The notes beneath the pieces are model-generated. The model worked only from the letters and a program-made list of their open reading frames with translations, was not told the origin of the DNA and ran no database searches. A DNA stretch of 64,000 nt from an uncultured Actinomycetota bacterium (GTDB lineage: Bacteria > Actinomycetota > Actinomycetes > Frankiales > Frankiaceae): the NCBI GenBank assembly GCA_963711135.1, contig CAVQCZ010000005.1:163149-227148 (forward strand). The letters are read 5' to 3'. Within the stretch, counting starts at the first letter, position 1. Each line of letters opens with the position of its first letter. The position numbers were made by a program, and so were the translations under genes. Positions 1-9,158 of this stretch are shown here, in pieces.

Positions 1-2394
1 GCGACCAAATATCTCGGGGATCGACTCGGTCAGGATTGTGAGGAGATCGGCGTGCCTGCCCAGCGGTGCATGCGGAAGGAGTTGGACGTCGGCGAAAGGC
101 TTGAGGCCCGGCTGGTCGCGGAGCAGGTCATGCGCGATGGCCCGTGCTCGTACCCAGTTGCTCGTGCTCAGGAACGGCGCAAGAGCCTGCAGCGCATCAT
201 CAGAGTTGTATTCCGACCCTTCACTTTCCAGCGCGTCGAGGCAGCCGACGACGTGTCGCTCTCGCTCCTGCGCCGTCATCCAAGGAGCGAGCTCGCCAAA
301 TGCGTAAGCGCGGTCCGTTGCCCAGAGTTCGTCGAGTTCCTTCCCTATCGGCCACCAGTGGGCGTGGCGGCGCAGCTCGCGCTCCAGGACGCGCCAGGGC
401 TCGTCGCCGAACGCTCGGACGGCGAGCTCGCGATCGATGCGCGGCGCGAGGTCTGCGAGGCGGACATCGTCCTCGGCGACGTCGATGCCTTGCAGGATGT
501 CAACCCGTTCCGTATCGGAAAGGGCGGGAAAGATGGCGACCAGACCTGCCAGCCGAACGGCAGGGGAGTCGGTCTCGTGGACAAGTGCTCGCGCTGACTC
601 CAGGTCGCCCTCCTCGACGAGCCGGCTGACGACGCTGACCGATGCTTCGATGAGCTCGTCGTCGTAGCGGGCGTCAAGCCCACGCACTATCGAGATCGCG
701 AGCTGGATCCCTTCGCCGCTGAGGGCGGGCGCCAGGGCGGTGAGGTAGCCGGCCCGGTTTGATGAATACTCGAGGCGGGAGCAGCGCGAGAGTGCCCTAC
801 GCTGCGACCACAGGCCGTGCTTGATCAGAGCAGCGGCGAACGCGCCGTCAACAAGGTCGTCAGCAGCTGCCGCGCCGGCACTCAAGAACGTGCACCACGC
901 TCTGAGCGCGGGCCAGCGCGCGCTCGCGCCCGATGCGACGGCCGCCGCGTCTGCCCGAGCAGCCGCGGAGTGCACGCGGTCGATGTCATCGATCCAGCCG
1001 GCGAGGTCATCGTTCAGCTTCATCCAGGCCGAACGCCACTCAGGGCTGAGCAGCTGCAGCATGCGGCCGGGATCAGCCTGAGCTCGCTCCAGATGCTGGC
1101 CCAGATGGCGAACCGCGTACGGCGCCGGCTCTTCGGGTGCGGGGATCAGCGAGCTTCCCGTCCACTCGATGAAGACGCGGTCGAGTGCTGCGAGGTCGCC
1201 GTCATCGCGCAGGCGCGCCAGCCGGTGCTCCTGCAGTCTCGGGTGTGCGATCGCGAAGACGCGGGGGCTCGGGCTGATCAGCAAGCGGTCAAGGGCACCA
1301 AGGGCAAAGTCGAGGTCGTCGCCACTGATGGGGAACTCGAGGCGCGCAAGCTCGAGCAGGCCCCGCCGTTCGAGCGGCCCCAGGGCCGACGTGAGCAGAT
1401 CGAAGACGCGGCGGGTCTGCGCGGAAGCGGCGTCGCCCCAAAGGCGCTGCTGGTCCTCCCACCAGCGATCGAGGAAGCCGGCGAGCCCGCCGCTGCTGTC
1501 GCGTAACCAGTCGCTCACCGAGCCCCGGTCCTGAAACGGATGCGCCCAAAGATGGCTGGCGTACAAGCCGACCACGAGCGGATCTCCGCCTGAGATCTCG
1601 TGCAGTTTGGCAACCAGGCCCGGATCGTCTGCCAGAGTGCTGAGCGACGGACCCATGTGCGTCAGCACGTCTTGGACGTCGCCTTCGCTCAAGGTCCCGA
1701 GCGCCACCACGTCAGCCCGCGACCAACCGAGGTCTTGCAACCAGTCGCTCGGAGCGGAGTGAGACGCCGTCAGCCTGGCGGAAACGAGAAGCTTGACATC
1801 AGGGTGCGGCGGTTGCGGGAAAAGCGACGGTCCGAACTGCCAGCCCGACGTCTCGTCGAGACCGTCGATGACGACCAGCACGCGAGTGCCCTCCGGCGGG
1901 GAGCGGAGCATGAGCTCGCCCACGACGTCGCGCCAGTCATCAGCAGAGTCTCCGAACGCGGGCTCTCCGTGAACCGCCGCCAGCCGGGTCGCCAACGCGC
2001 GAAGCACCGTCGCTTGCCTGTTGAACTCGAAGCGAATGCTGATGGGCACGAAGACGATCTGAAGGCGCTCTCGCCGGTCGGCGGCGGTGAGGCGGTCGCA
2101 CCAGCGGGCCACCAGCGACGACTTGCCGCGACCAGGCGGCGCGGCGACTAGCAGATACGGCTGCTCGGCCTGCCCGAGCCAGGAGTCAAGCCGGCGAAAT
2201 TCTTCACGGCGCCCACCGAACGGCTGCGGTCGCTCCGGAGAATCCCGATACTGCGCAAGGAAATTTGCGATAAGAGCGGCCCCGGGCAGCGGGCCGCCGA
2301 TCCGTTGCTGCCACCCGCCGTAAACCAGGATGACGCTGCCACCCGCATGGACGTCCTGGAGCTGGAAGACCGGCCGGTCGGGAGCGGGCGGCAA
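1..2394 (-). CDS. NACHT-type STAND NTPase (NLR-like), N-terminal part. The gene runs off the left window edge.
   Basis: It is absent from the ORF track because there is no stop codon in the window. My minus-strand translation gives ...RPVFQLQDVHAGGSVILVYGGWQQR...EQPYLLVAAPPGRGKSSLVARWCDRLTAADRRERLQIVFVPISIRFEF...GTRVLVVIDGLDE. This contains a Walker A motif (GRGKSS, about 2116-2133) and a NACHT-like Walker B motif (VLVVIDGLDE, about 1852-1880). The track lists no competing ORF of 60 aa or more in this frame. The only canonical start upstream of the P-loop is a TTG at 2394, 15 nt after the stop of the upstream gene, with GGGAGGG immediately 5' of it. Confidence 0.75.
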   Translation of the reverse strand, partial: MPPAPDRPVFQLQDVHAGGSVILVYGGWQQRIGGPLPGAALIANFLAQYRDSPERPQPFGGRREEFRRLDSWLGQAEQPYLLVAAPPGRGKSSLVARWCDRLTAADRRERLQIVFVPISIRFEFNRQATVLRALATRLAAVHGEPAFGDSADDWRDVVGELMLRSPPEGTRVLVVIDGLDETSGWQFGPSLFPQPPHPDVKLLVSARLTASHSAPSDWLQDLGWSRADVVALGTLSEGDVQDVLTHMGPSLSTLADDPGLVAKLHEISGGDPLVVGLYASHLWAHPFQDRGSVSDWLRDSSGGLAGFLDRWWEDQQRLWGDAASAQTRRVFDLLTSALGPLERRGLLELARLEFPISGDDLDFALGALDRLLISPSPRVFAIAHPRLQEHRLARLRDDGDLAALDRVFIEWTGSSLIPAPEEPAPYAVRHLGQHLERAQADPGRMLQLLSPEWRSAWMKLNDDLAGWIDDIDRVHSAAARADAAAVASGASARWPALRAWCTFLSAGAAAADDLVDGAFAAALIKHGLWSQRRALSRCSRLEYSSNRAGYLTALAPALSGEGIQLAISIVRGLDARYDDELIEASVSVVSRLVEEGDLESARALVHETDSPAVRLAGLVAIFPALSDTERVDILQGIDVAEDDVRLADLAPRIDRELAVRAFGDEPWRVLERELRRHAHWWPIGKELDELWATDRAYAFGELAPWMTAQERERHVVGCLDALESEGSEYNSDDALQALAPFLSTSNWVRARAIAHDLLRDQPGLKPFADVQLLPHAPLGRHADLLTILTESIPEIFGR

Positions 2395-2408
2395 CCCTCC
2401 CGGCGCCG

Positions 2409-2864
2409 CTAAGGGTTTGCCGGGCCGCCGCTCTCGCCGGCTTCGACGTTCGAGACCGACAAGCCGCCCCGCAGCTTCAGCCCTTCGCCGCGAAACCCAG
2501 TTCCCGTCGCGCGAATGGTGCCCACGTGGATGAATTCGGCCTCGACATTCTTGAGGTCGATGCCGATTGCGGCGGCAGCCCCGGAGTCGCTCTCGCGCAC
2601 CGCCGCAACCAGCTGGCGCGCCAGGTCCAAGAGCTCGCTATCCTCTTGGGCGCCGCCGTCTGACAGATCCTCCGCTACGGAGGCACGCTTTGCCTCAGAC
2701 TCTGGCTTGCGCTCCAGATCGTCCAGCACGACGTTCTTGTAGCGGCTCGAAAGAAGCCGCTTGATCGCGCCGTAGGCGTCCTTCACGGCTGCGGTGGCAT
2801 TTTCTTTGAAGCCGGCGGCCGCTCCGGCGGCGAGCGCGGCCACGATCAGCGAGACCGGGTCCAT
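2409..2864 (-). CDS. Small Bell/HeLo-analogous-like protein with a C-terminal amyloid-type motif (candidate NLR-controlled executioner)
   Basis: This is a 151-aa ORF. The N-terminus is a hydrophobic Gly/Ala helix (MDPVSLIVAALAAGAAAGF), followed by a charged helical middle. The C-terminal tail (IGIDLKNVEAEFIHVGTIRATG...GLSVSNVEAGESGG) carries two copies of a [LV]x[ND]V[EH]A motif. The same motif recurs at the N-terminus of the downstream NLR (QLQDVHAGGS). Confidence 0.6.
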   Translation of the reverse strand: MDPVSLIVAALAAGAAAGFKENATAAVKDAYGAIKRLLSSRYKNVVLDDLERKPESEAKRASVAEDLSDGGAQEDSELLDLARQLVAAVRESDSGAAAAIGIDLKNVEAEFIHVGTIRATGTGFRGEGLKLRGGLSVSNVEAGESGGPANP

Positions 2865-2967
2865 GCGCGGAACGTATCGCTTGAAGTCCTGGAGATAAAC
2901 CCCGTGCGGACCCTCGGCGGACGACGGGCAACCCGGAGAAACGGGCGGCTCTTGCCTTGGAGGTAGG

Positions 2968-5541
2968 TCAGCTCACGGTGATGGTGAATGACTGCATGAA
3001 CGCCCCGGTGCTGTTGGTGGCGGTAAGGGTGAGCGGATAGCTGCCTGCCGTCCCTACCTTTGCCGTGCCACTGAAAGTTCGGGTGGCGGCGCTGTAGGTG
3101 ATGCCCTTGGGCAGCGTGCCGGTCTTGGTGATCTTCGGGTTCGGGAATCCGGTGGCGGTGGCCTGGAAGGAGAACGGGACCCCGACGGTGGCTGACGCGC
3201 TCGCCGGGCTGGTGATCGTCGGCCCCTCGTGCACCTTGAGGGTGAGCGTCCGGGTGGTACTTCCCAGGCCGTTGGTCGCGATGATGGTGATGGCATAGCT
3301 CCCGCCGCTGCCCGCGAGCGGGGTGCCGCTGAGCGCGCCCGTGCCGTCCCCGTTATCGGTGAAGGCGATACCCGCGGGCAACGGGCCGGACTCGCTCAGG
3401 GCCGGGGTGGTGTAGCCCTTCGCCGTGATCGGCAGGGTGAGCGATGAGCCGACGGTGACGGTGGCGTTCGGGGCCTTCACGATCTTGGGTGCTTTGGTGA
3501 TCGCCAGCGTGAAGGTCTGGCTGGAGGTGCCCGCGGTGTTCTTCGCGGTCAGGGTGAGGGTGTAGATGCCAACCGCCCCACCGCTCGGGGTGCCGGCGAT
3601 CGTGGCGGTGCCGTCGCCGTTGTTGGTGAAGCTCACCCCTGCGGGCAGCCCGCCGGATTTGGTCAGCTTCGGTGCCGGGTAGCCGCTTGTGGTGACGGTG
3701 AAGCTGAACGGGACGCCGAACGTCTCGGTGTCAGCGGCGGGGCTCGTGATCGCGGGTGGCCCCACCGCCGGGCCGACCGCGACACCGTAGATCACCGACG
3801 GCACGTAGCCGGTGAGGGCGGTCTGGGTGCCGTTGGGGGCGATCTCGACGAGCTGGAAGCGATTGTTCGCGCCCGGGGTGGTGCCGGTGATCGCGCCGGC
3901 GAAGACGTCGCTGCCGTCATCCGCGGCGAGGGCGTATGCAAGGACCGGGGCGATGGTCGAGTACGTCCCGCCAGCCGGCGGGATCGCGGCGATCTGATTG
4001 TCGTGGTCGAGATCGGTGTAGACGTTTCCCGCCTGGTCGACGGCCACGCCATACGGGGCCGGGACGTCGGCGAGATCGACCTGAGGGCCGCCGTTCGCCG
4101 GGATCTCGTTGACGTCATAGTGGCCGAAGTCGGAGAAGAAGACGTTGTCGTGGGAGTCGACCGCAACGCCGGTGGGATAGAGCACGTTCGATCCGACCGC
4201 ATGCGGAGCGCTCCCGTCTCCGGGCACCTCCAGCAGCCCGTTGTACGGCAACGTGGCGTAGGCGACGTAGGCATTGCCCTGGCTGTCGACCGCGATGGCG
4301 GTCGGCGTCTGAGAATTGCCGGGAAGCTTCCCGCCGAGGTAAGCCCCGGTGGGCGAATACTCGACGATGCCGGGCGACCCGCTCTGCGCGATCCACACGT
4401 TTCCGTTGTGGTCGACAGTGACACCTCGCGGATCCGTCAGCCCGCCGGCGAACAGCGCAGGCGTCGTCGGGTCTGACGGGGTGATCCGGTAGACGCCGTC
4501 CGATTGCGTGTAATAGACGTCGTGCGGGCTGGCGGCCGGGATGAAGGTCTCCGTCGCGGTGCCGCACGGCTCTCCGGTGTCGACGGTGCCGCTGCTATTC
4601 GCGTCGGCGCATCCGGTGACGGTGTCCTGGCCCGCGGTCGCAGGGCCCTGATAGCTGAACGTGCACTGCCCGCTCGCGTCGGTGGTGCACGAGCCGGTCG
4701 TGGTCGTCGCTCCCGCGACGGTGAAGAGCACCGTGCCGGCTTCCACCGGGTAGCCGCCGGCGTCGTCCACGGTGGCGGTGACCGTAGCGGCGGCTCCCAC
4801 GGTGTTGGCCGAGGTCGGCGGTGAGAGTGTGACGCTCGCCGGCACCTGCACGGGAGTGCCGGTGGACAGGAAGATCGCGCTGTAGCCCGATTGCGATCCG
4901 CTGCCGGAGCTGCTGGTGGCGTAGGTGTAATCCTCCCCGCCGGCGTTTCCGATGCCAGAATCTGTGTAGAGGCCTGTCGGTGTTGGGATCGTGGCGGTGT
5001 AGGTCACGTTGGTGAGGAATTCGACCGCTTGCGTCTCCGCTTGGGGGATGATCGTAACCCCGTCGAAAGCTCGTACGTCCGCGGTGAGCCGGAAGCAAGC
5101 ACCGACCGGGTTAAGGCCTGAAGCGACCGCCCAGTCCCGCGTACCCGAGATCGTCGTGCTACCAGACGTGATGGTGAAGACGCCGTGGAATTGCGTCGTG
5201 GTGCCTATATTTACCGGCTCCGTGTAGTACAGGAAATTGTCCGTGGGCTGCGTCTGAGGGCTGATCTGCGCGGTGTAGGACTCGGTGAACGTGCCCGGGT
5301 ACGGCCCGGCGGCGTGTCCGCTGACCGTGCCGCTGAGTGTCGTCACTCCGGTGGGATTGCACTCGCTGGTGATGTTGTTCGAGCCGACGACCGGGACGAT
5401 GTCTCCGCCAGAGAAGAAGCTCTCCCCTTGGAGGCTTGCCGGCGGCGTCGCGGCCGAGGCGGTGCTGGCAGTGACAATTCCCGTCGCGACCATTCCCAGT
5501 AACGCCAACGTGGCCGCGCCGCTTCGACGTAAGCGTGACAT
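2968..5541 (-). CDS. Secreted protein with Big_1-like Ig, an NHL-repeat beta-propeller and three He_PIG-type Ig domains
   Basis: The track ORF is 2968..5712. I prefer the internal ATG at 5541 because a GGGGGA RBS sits about 8 nt upstream and it yields the signal peptide MSRLRRSGAATLALLGMVATGIVTASTASA. NHL-like blades are visible (GVTVDHNGNVWIA, IAVDSQGNAYVAY, GVAVDSHDNVFFSD, GVAVDQAGNVYT). Three units of about 90 aa with LP.G[VI].F...DGT..[IL]SGTP lie at the C-terminus. Confidence 0.8.
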   Translation of the reverse strand: MSRLRRSGAATLALLGMVATGIVTASTASAATPPASLQGESFFSGGDIVPVVGSNNITSECNPTGVTTLSGTVSGHAAGPYPGTFTESYTAQISPQTQPTDNFLYYTEPVNIGTTTQFHGVFTITSGSTTISGTRDWAVASGLNPVGACFRLTADVRAFDGVTIIPQAETQAVEFLTNVTYTATIPTPTGLYTDSGIGNAGGEDYTYATSSSGSGSQSGYSAIFLSTGTPVQVPASVTLSPPTSANTVGAAATVTATVDDAGGYPVEAGTVLFTVAGATTTTGSCTTDASGQCTFSYQGPATAGQDTVTGCADANSSGTVDTGEPCGTATETFIPAASPHDVYYTQSDGVYRITPSDPTTPALFAGGLTDPRGVTVDHNGNVWIAQSGSPGIVEYSPTGAYLGGKLPGNSQTPTAIAVDSQGNAYVAYATLPYNGLLEVPGDGSAPHAVGSNVLYPTGVAVDSHDNVFFSDFGHYDVNEIPANGGPQVDLADVPAPYGVAVDQAGNVYTDLDHDNQIAAIPPAGGTYSTIAPVLAYALAADDGSDVFAGAITGTTPGANNRFQLVEIAPNGTQTALTGYVPSVIYGVAVGPAVGPPAITSPAADTETFGVPFSFTVTTSGYPAPKLTKSGGLPAGVSFTNNGDGTATIAGTPSGGAVGIYTLTLTAKNTAGTSSQTFTLAITKAPKIVKAPNATVTVGSSLTLPITAKGYTTPALSESGPLPAGIAFTDNGDGTGALSGTPLAGSGGSYAITIIATNGLGSTTRTLTLKVHEGPTITSPASASATVGVPFSFQATATGFPNPKITKTGTLPKGITYSAATRTFSGTAKVGTAGSYPLTLTATNSTGAFMQSFTITVS

Positions 5542-5833
5542 GTGAATTCCCCCAGCGCGAAAGCAGCTGCCGGTGCACGAGGATGGGTCCCCCGACGCGC
5601 CTTCGAGTCCGGCTTCGGGCAGAGCGTAGGGCCAGGCCGCACCGGTTTGTGTGCGAAATTTGAAATTCGTTGAAATTCGCAGCGACGACCCCGGCCGGAT
5701 TTGACACCTCATTCAAATAAATATCGATCCAGGGTGCTTCGGTGAAATCCGGCTCACCGTGACCGTTATTAGGTGGGGGGCAGCCAGCGGCGAGCGCGCG
5801 ACTGCACTTCTCGACGTGGGTTTGACGGCGAGC

Positions 5834-6016
5834 TCAGGTGTCTTCGTCCCGATCCCCGTCGAACCCGCAGCGGCACTCCGTCAAGGCCTCTGCGCACTCG
5901 TCACAGCGGTCGGCGCCGTCCGTGATGTCCTTGTCATCGGAGTCAAGGTTTTCCGTTTCGGGAAGGACTTCTTCCAGAAGTAGTGCGAGATCGACCGGAT
6001 CGGTGGGAGGGAACAT
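5834..6016 (-). CDS. 60-aa acidic Cys-motif protein, copy 1 of a repeated module
   Basis: The sequence MFPPTDPVDLALLLEEVLPETENLDSDDKDITDGADRCDECAEALTECRCG... is about 80% identical to the 60-aa ORF at 21548..21730. The CxxC...CxC motif is conserved between them. Confidence 0.5.
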   Translation of the reverse strand: MFPPTDPVDLALLLEEVLPETENLDSDDKDITDGADRCDECAEALTECRCGFDGDRDEDT

Positions 6017-6031
6017 CAGCCTTCTCCTTGG

Positions 6032-6217
6032 CTAGCGACGCTTGCCCAATCCGGGGAGCCCTCCGTTGACGAGCCGCGGCTGGGGCACCCGGAAGTCGGG
6101 GCAGATCTGCTTTCCCGTTACAGCTTCTTTCCGGCTGAACGTCCGGCGGTGTTCAGCCTGACGTCGGTACTCGAGTGGCGGCAGTCCGGCGGTCGTCTTC
6201 GCCCACGAAGTGCTCAT
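6032..6217 (-). pseudogene. Internally deleted and frameshifted copy of the zinc-ribbon gene 21747..22181
   Basis: Nucleotide alignment to 21747-22181 shows the same start (ATGAGCACT...) and the same 3' end (...PQPRLVNGGLPGLGKRR). Two internal blocks are missing: one of about 65 bp and one of about 180 bp. Most of the zinc-ligand cysteines are lost (CPDF here versus CPDC in the intact copy). Confidence 0.6.
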
Positions 6218-6433
6218 CGGCACCACGCGGTACGAGCCCGCGGGCAACGACTTGTACCGTCGGACTCGGAGCGTGCAAGCCACTGAGTTGACCGAGTCGG
6301 CATCGGTCGAAACTCGAGAGGGGCTCGTCTCCGGTCGTGCAGGAGACTGGCTGCTCAAAGGAGAACATGACGACGTTGGATCGTCGACGCCCAACACTTC
6401 CAGTCGGCATACCGAGACTCCGGCGACTGAGAG

Positions 6434-8893
6434 CTAAACAGGTTTGTCGCCGGATCGGCCGAAGGCGACGTTGGCGAGGCCTTTGACGTACCAGGTGCCG
6501 TTGCTGGGTCGGAAGACGGCGTAGTCGGTTTTGCCGTCGCCGTTGAAGTCGGCGGCGAGGGGGATGTCGCCGGATCGGCCGAAGGCGACGTTGGCGAGGC
6601 CTTTGACGTACCAGGTGCCGTTGCTGGGTCGGAAGACGGCGTAGTCGGTTTTGCCGTCGCCGTTGAAGTCGGCGGCGAGGGGGATGTCGCCGGATCGGCC
6701 GAAGGCGACGTTGGCGAGGCCTTTGACGTACCAGGTGCCGTTGCTGGGTCGGAAGACGGCGTAGTCGGTTTTGCCGTCGCCGTTGAAGTCGGCGGCGAGG
6801 GGGATGTCGCCGGATCGGCCGAAGGCGACGTTGGCGAGGCCTTTGACGTACCAGGTGCCGTTGCTGGGTCGGAAGACGGCGTAGTCGGTTTTGCCGTCGC
6901 CGTTGAAGTCGGCGGCGAGGGGGATGTCGCCGGATCGGCCGAAGGCGACGTTGGCGAGGCCTTTGACGTACCAGGTGCCGTTGCTGGGTCGGAAGACGGC
7001 GTAGTCGGTTTTGCCGTCGCCGTTGAAGTCGGCGGCAAGGGGGATGTCGCCCGACGTCCCGAAGGCCACGTTGGCAAGGCCTTTGGCATACCAGGTTCTG
7101 TTGCTGGGTCGGAAGACGGCGTAGTCGGTCTTGCCGTCGGCATTGAAGTCCCCGAACGGCCAGTCTGCCCGGCGAACGGTCTTGAGGGATGCGTCATTGA
7201 GCGTCACCGCCCCTGCGGTAGCGGCATGGGCATATCGCCGACCGCTATTGACCAGCCAGCCCGATTGTGACGGGGTACCGATCAGCTGCGTCCCGTTCAT
7301 CGGCGTGCGCAACAAGTGGGCCGCGGGGGTCGATGCGTTGTCGACATCCCACTGGTCGACCAGCACGGACGACTGCGGGCCTCCGAAGGGTGTCCAGTCG
7401 GTGACAGGGAAGGCGGTCCCGCCGGCGACCCGGTAGTACGCGCCGCTGATGGTCCGAAGGAACGTCCCGCTGGCGGGTAAGGATCGCAGGTGAGCGGCCG
7501 GATTGGCGGTGTTGTCGACGTCCCATTCGTCGACGGCCACACCTGGCTTGGGGCCACCGATTGCGGCCCAGTTGCTGAGGTAGAGGGGTGCGCCGCCGGC
7601 GACGATGAAAACGCCGCCACCGGAAGCATCGAGGATGGTGCCGTCGAGGGGCACGGGCCGCAGGTGGGCGGCCGGATTGGCGGTGTTGTCGACGTCCCAT
7701 TCATCGACGGCCACACCTGGCTTGGGGCCACCGATTGCGGCCCAGTTGCTGAGGTAGAGGGGTGCGCCGCCGGCGACGATGAAAACGCCGCCACCGGAAG
7801 CATCGAGGATGGTGCCGTCGAGGGGCACGGGCCGCAGGTGGGCGGCCGGATTGGCGGTGTTGTCGACGTCCCATTCGTCGACGGCCACACCTGGCTTGGG
7901 GCCACCGATTGCGGCCCAGTTGCTGAGGTAGAGGGGTGCGCCGCCGGCGACGATGAAAACGCCGCCACCGGAAGCATCGAGGATGGTGCCGTCGAGGGGC
8001 ACGGGCCGCAGGTGGGCGGCCGGATTGGCGGTGTTGTCGACGTCCCATTCATCGACGGCCACACCTGGCTTGGGGCCACCGATTGCGGCCCAGTTGCTGA
8101 GGTAGAGGGGTGCGCCGCCGGCGACGATGAAAACGCCGCCACCGGAAGCATCGAGGATGGTGCCGTCGGCGGGGACGGCGCGTAAGGCGTCAAACTGCGC
8201 CTGCGAGATCTGGGAGACCGGCTGATTGCCACCGACGGCCGCCCACGAGCTCACATACAGCGGGGCGCCTCCGGCGATTCGGTAAACAGCAGGCAATCCC
8301 GTCACGACGACAAAGGTGCCGTCAGCCAGCGCCCCGGAACCACCGCCGACGTCGTGAGGGTGCAGGAAAGCATCGACTGAACTGGCTGCTATCCAGCCGG
8401 CATCGGTGTAACCATTGGTGGTTGCCGAGGTGAAGTTGTCAGCCACGACATGGACTTGGCTGCCGCTCACCTGGTCGACGTAAGCAACATGCCCGAAGCC
8501 GGCGGCGACTTCGGAACCCCACCAGGCAATGGATCCCACCGCTGGGGTGTGGTTGCCGCCGCCGTTGTGACTGGCCCAAGTAACAGCGTTTCCCCAGTTA
8601 CCGGGATCCGCCATGCCGTTCTGCTGAAGACGCCAAGCGGCGTACAGGGTGCAGTTGTGATAACCGTTCGCCGTTTGCGCGTAGCTGGCGCCGTAGTGTG
8701 TCCAGGCCCACGTGCCGGCGGCGTTGGCGCCGGTGTAGCCGGGGGTGCAGGCATAGCCGTAGCTCAGGCAGTCGGTCTGGGATGCTGACGCCGGAGATGC
8801 AGCAACAAAAGTCAGCGTAATCAAGGCGGCCGCAATCGACCCCAAGAATGCTACGCATGACCGGACACTTTTCCGGCCGCCAAACATCTCCAC
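6434..8893 (-). CDS. Secreted CHAP-domain amidase with six copies of an uncharacterised 58-aa module and six FG-GAP-like 40-aa repeats
   Basis: A signal peptide is present (…LITLTFVAASPASA). The CHAP Cys and His contexts are NCTLYAAWRL and GHVAYVDQV. The middle holds repeated DGTILDASGGGVFIVAGGAPLYLSNWAAIGG... modules. The C-terminus holds DFNGDGKTDYAVFRPSNGTWY repeats. Confidence 0.85.
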   Translation of the reverse strand: MEMFGGRKSVRSCVAFLGSIAAALITLTFVAASPASASQTDCLSYGYACTPGYTGANAAGTWAWTHYGASYAQTANGYHNCTLYAAWRLQQNGMADPGNWGNAVTWASHNGGGNHTPAVGSIAWWGSEVAAGFGHVAYVDQVSGSQVHVVADNFTSATTNGYTDAGWIAASSVDAFLHPHDVGGGSGALADGTFVVVTGLPAVYRIAGGAPLYVSSWAAVGGNQPVSQISQAQFDALRAVPADGTILDASGGGVFIVAGGAPLYLSNWAAIGGPKPGVAVDEWDVDNTANPAAHLRPVPLDGTILDASGGGVFIVAGGAPLYLSNWAAIGGPKPGVAVDEWDVDNTANPAAHLRPVPLDGTILDASGGGVFIVAGGAPLYLSNWAAIGGPKPGVAVDEWDVDNTANPAAHLRPVPLDGTILDASGGGVFIVAGGAPLYLSNWAAIGGPKPGVAVDEWDVDNTANPAAHLRSLPASGTFLRTISGAYYRVAGGTAFPVTDWTPFGGPQSSVLVDQWDVDNASTPAAHLLRTPMNGTQLIGTPSQSGWLVNSGRRYAHAATAGAVTLNDASLKTVRRADWPFGDFNADGKTDYAVFRPSNRTWYAKGLANVAFGTSGDIPLAADFNGDGKTDYAVFRPSNGTWYVKGLANVAFGRSGDIPLAADFNGDGKTDYAVFRPSNGTWYVKGLANVAFGRSGDIPLAADFNGDGKTDYAVFRPSNGTWYVKGLANVAFGRSGDIPLAADFNGDGKTDYAVFRPSNGTWYVKGLANVAFGRSGDIPLAADFNGDGKTDYAVFRPSNGTWYVKGLANVAFGRSGDKPV
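6437..7150 (-). repeat. 120-bp coding tandem repeat, about 6 copies, the central copies identical at nucleotide level
   Basis: The sequence lines at 6481, 6601, 6721, 6841 and 6961 are identical. Each unit encodes DFNGDGKTDYAVFRPSNGTWYVKGLANVAFGRSGDIPLAA. Confidence 0.95.
7472..8167 (-). repeat. 174-bp coding tandem repeat, 4 near-identical copies
   Basis: The period is 174 bp; for example, the motif cggtgttgtcgacgtccca recurs at 7507, 7681, 7855 and 8029. Copies differ only by an alternating ttcgtc/ttcatc SNP. Each encodes a 58-aa module. Confidence 0.9.
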
Positions 8894-8995
8894 CCCCGAG
8901 TACTACTACTCGCAATCACGATACGCAGCAAAACGTTACGGCGCAGGCGAACGCGAAAGTCGGGGCGAGATTCCGGCGTGGCCGCCGAAATCGTC

Positions 8996-9158
8996 GGCGC
9001 AATCATGAGCCCGGCGCACGATAGAAGTAACGCCGTTATCGCCAGTTCGATCCGCCGCGTCTGCCTGTTCCTGAGGGATCACAAGCGGCCGTGCCGATGC
9101 CCAACGCAACGGCAGCGGTGAAGAGAGCGAGCATCCTTTTGACATTGCGGCGCCTCAT
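8996..9158 (-). pseudogene. Orphan signal-peptide remnants
   Basis: An ATG at 9158 opens a roughly 40-codon ORF, MRRRNVKRMLALFTAAVALGIGTAAC..., which carries a lipobox. In another frame, 8996-9045 encodes ...ITALLLSCAGLMIAPT. This is nearly identical in DNA to the signal-peptide region of the CHAP paralog at 29653-29700 (AITALLLSCAGLIIAPA). Confidence 0.35.

Noticed and set aside
5542-5712. N-terminal 57-codon extension of the NHL/Ig gene in the ORF track
   Set aside because: The internal ATG at 5541 has an RBS and gives a canonical signal peptide. The extension is not protein-like.
6355-7197. 280-aa Pro/Thr/Ser-rich ORF with perfect internal repeats
   Set aside because: It is an alternative frame of the 120-bp tandem repeat. 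The FG-GAP-like frame continues from a CHAP domain and a signal peptide and is the real one.
6437-8167. Regularly spaced identical repeats that could superficially suggest a CRISPR array
   Set aside because: There are no unique spacers. The units are contiguous, are multiples of 3 in length, and lie in frame within one long ORF.
7297-8232. 311-aa (minus), 231-aa (plus) and other repeat-shaped ORFs over 7245-8232
   Set aside because: These are frame and antisense shadows of the 174-bp repeat inside the CHAP gene. Their composition is Arg/Pro-rich and they have no start context.
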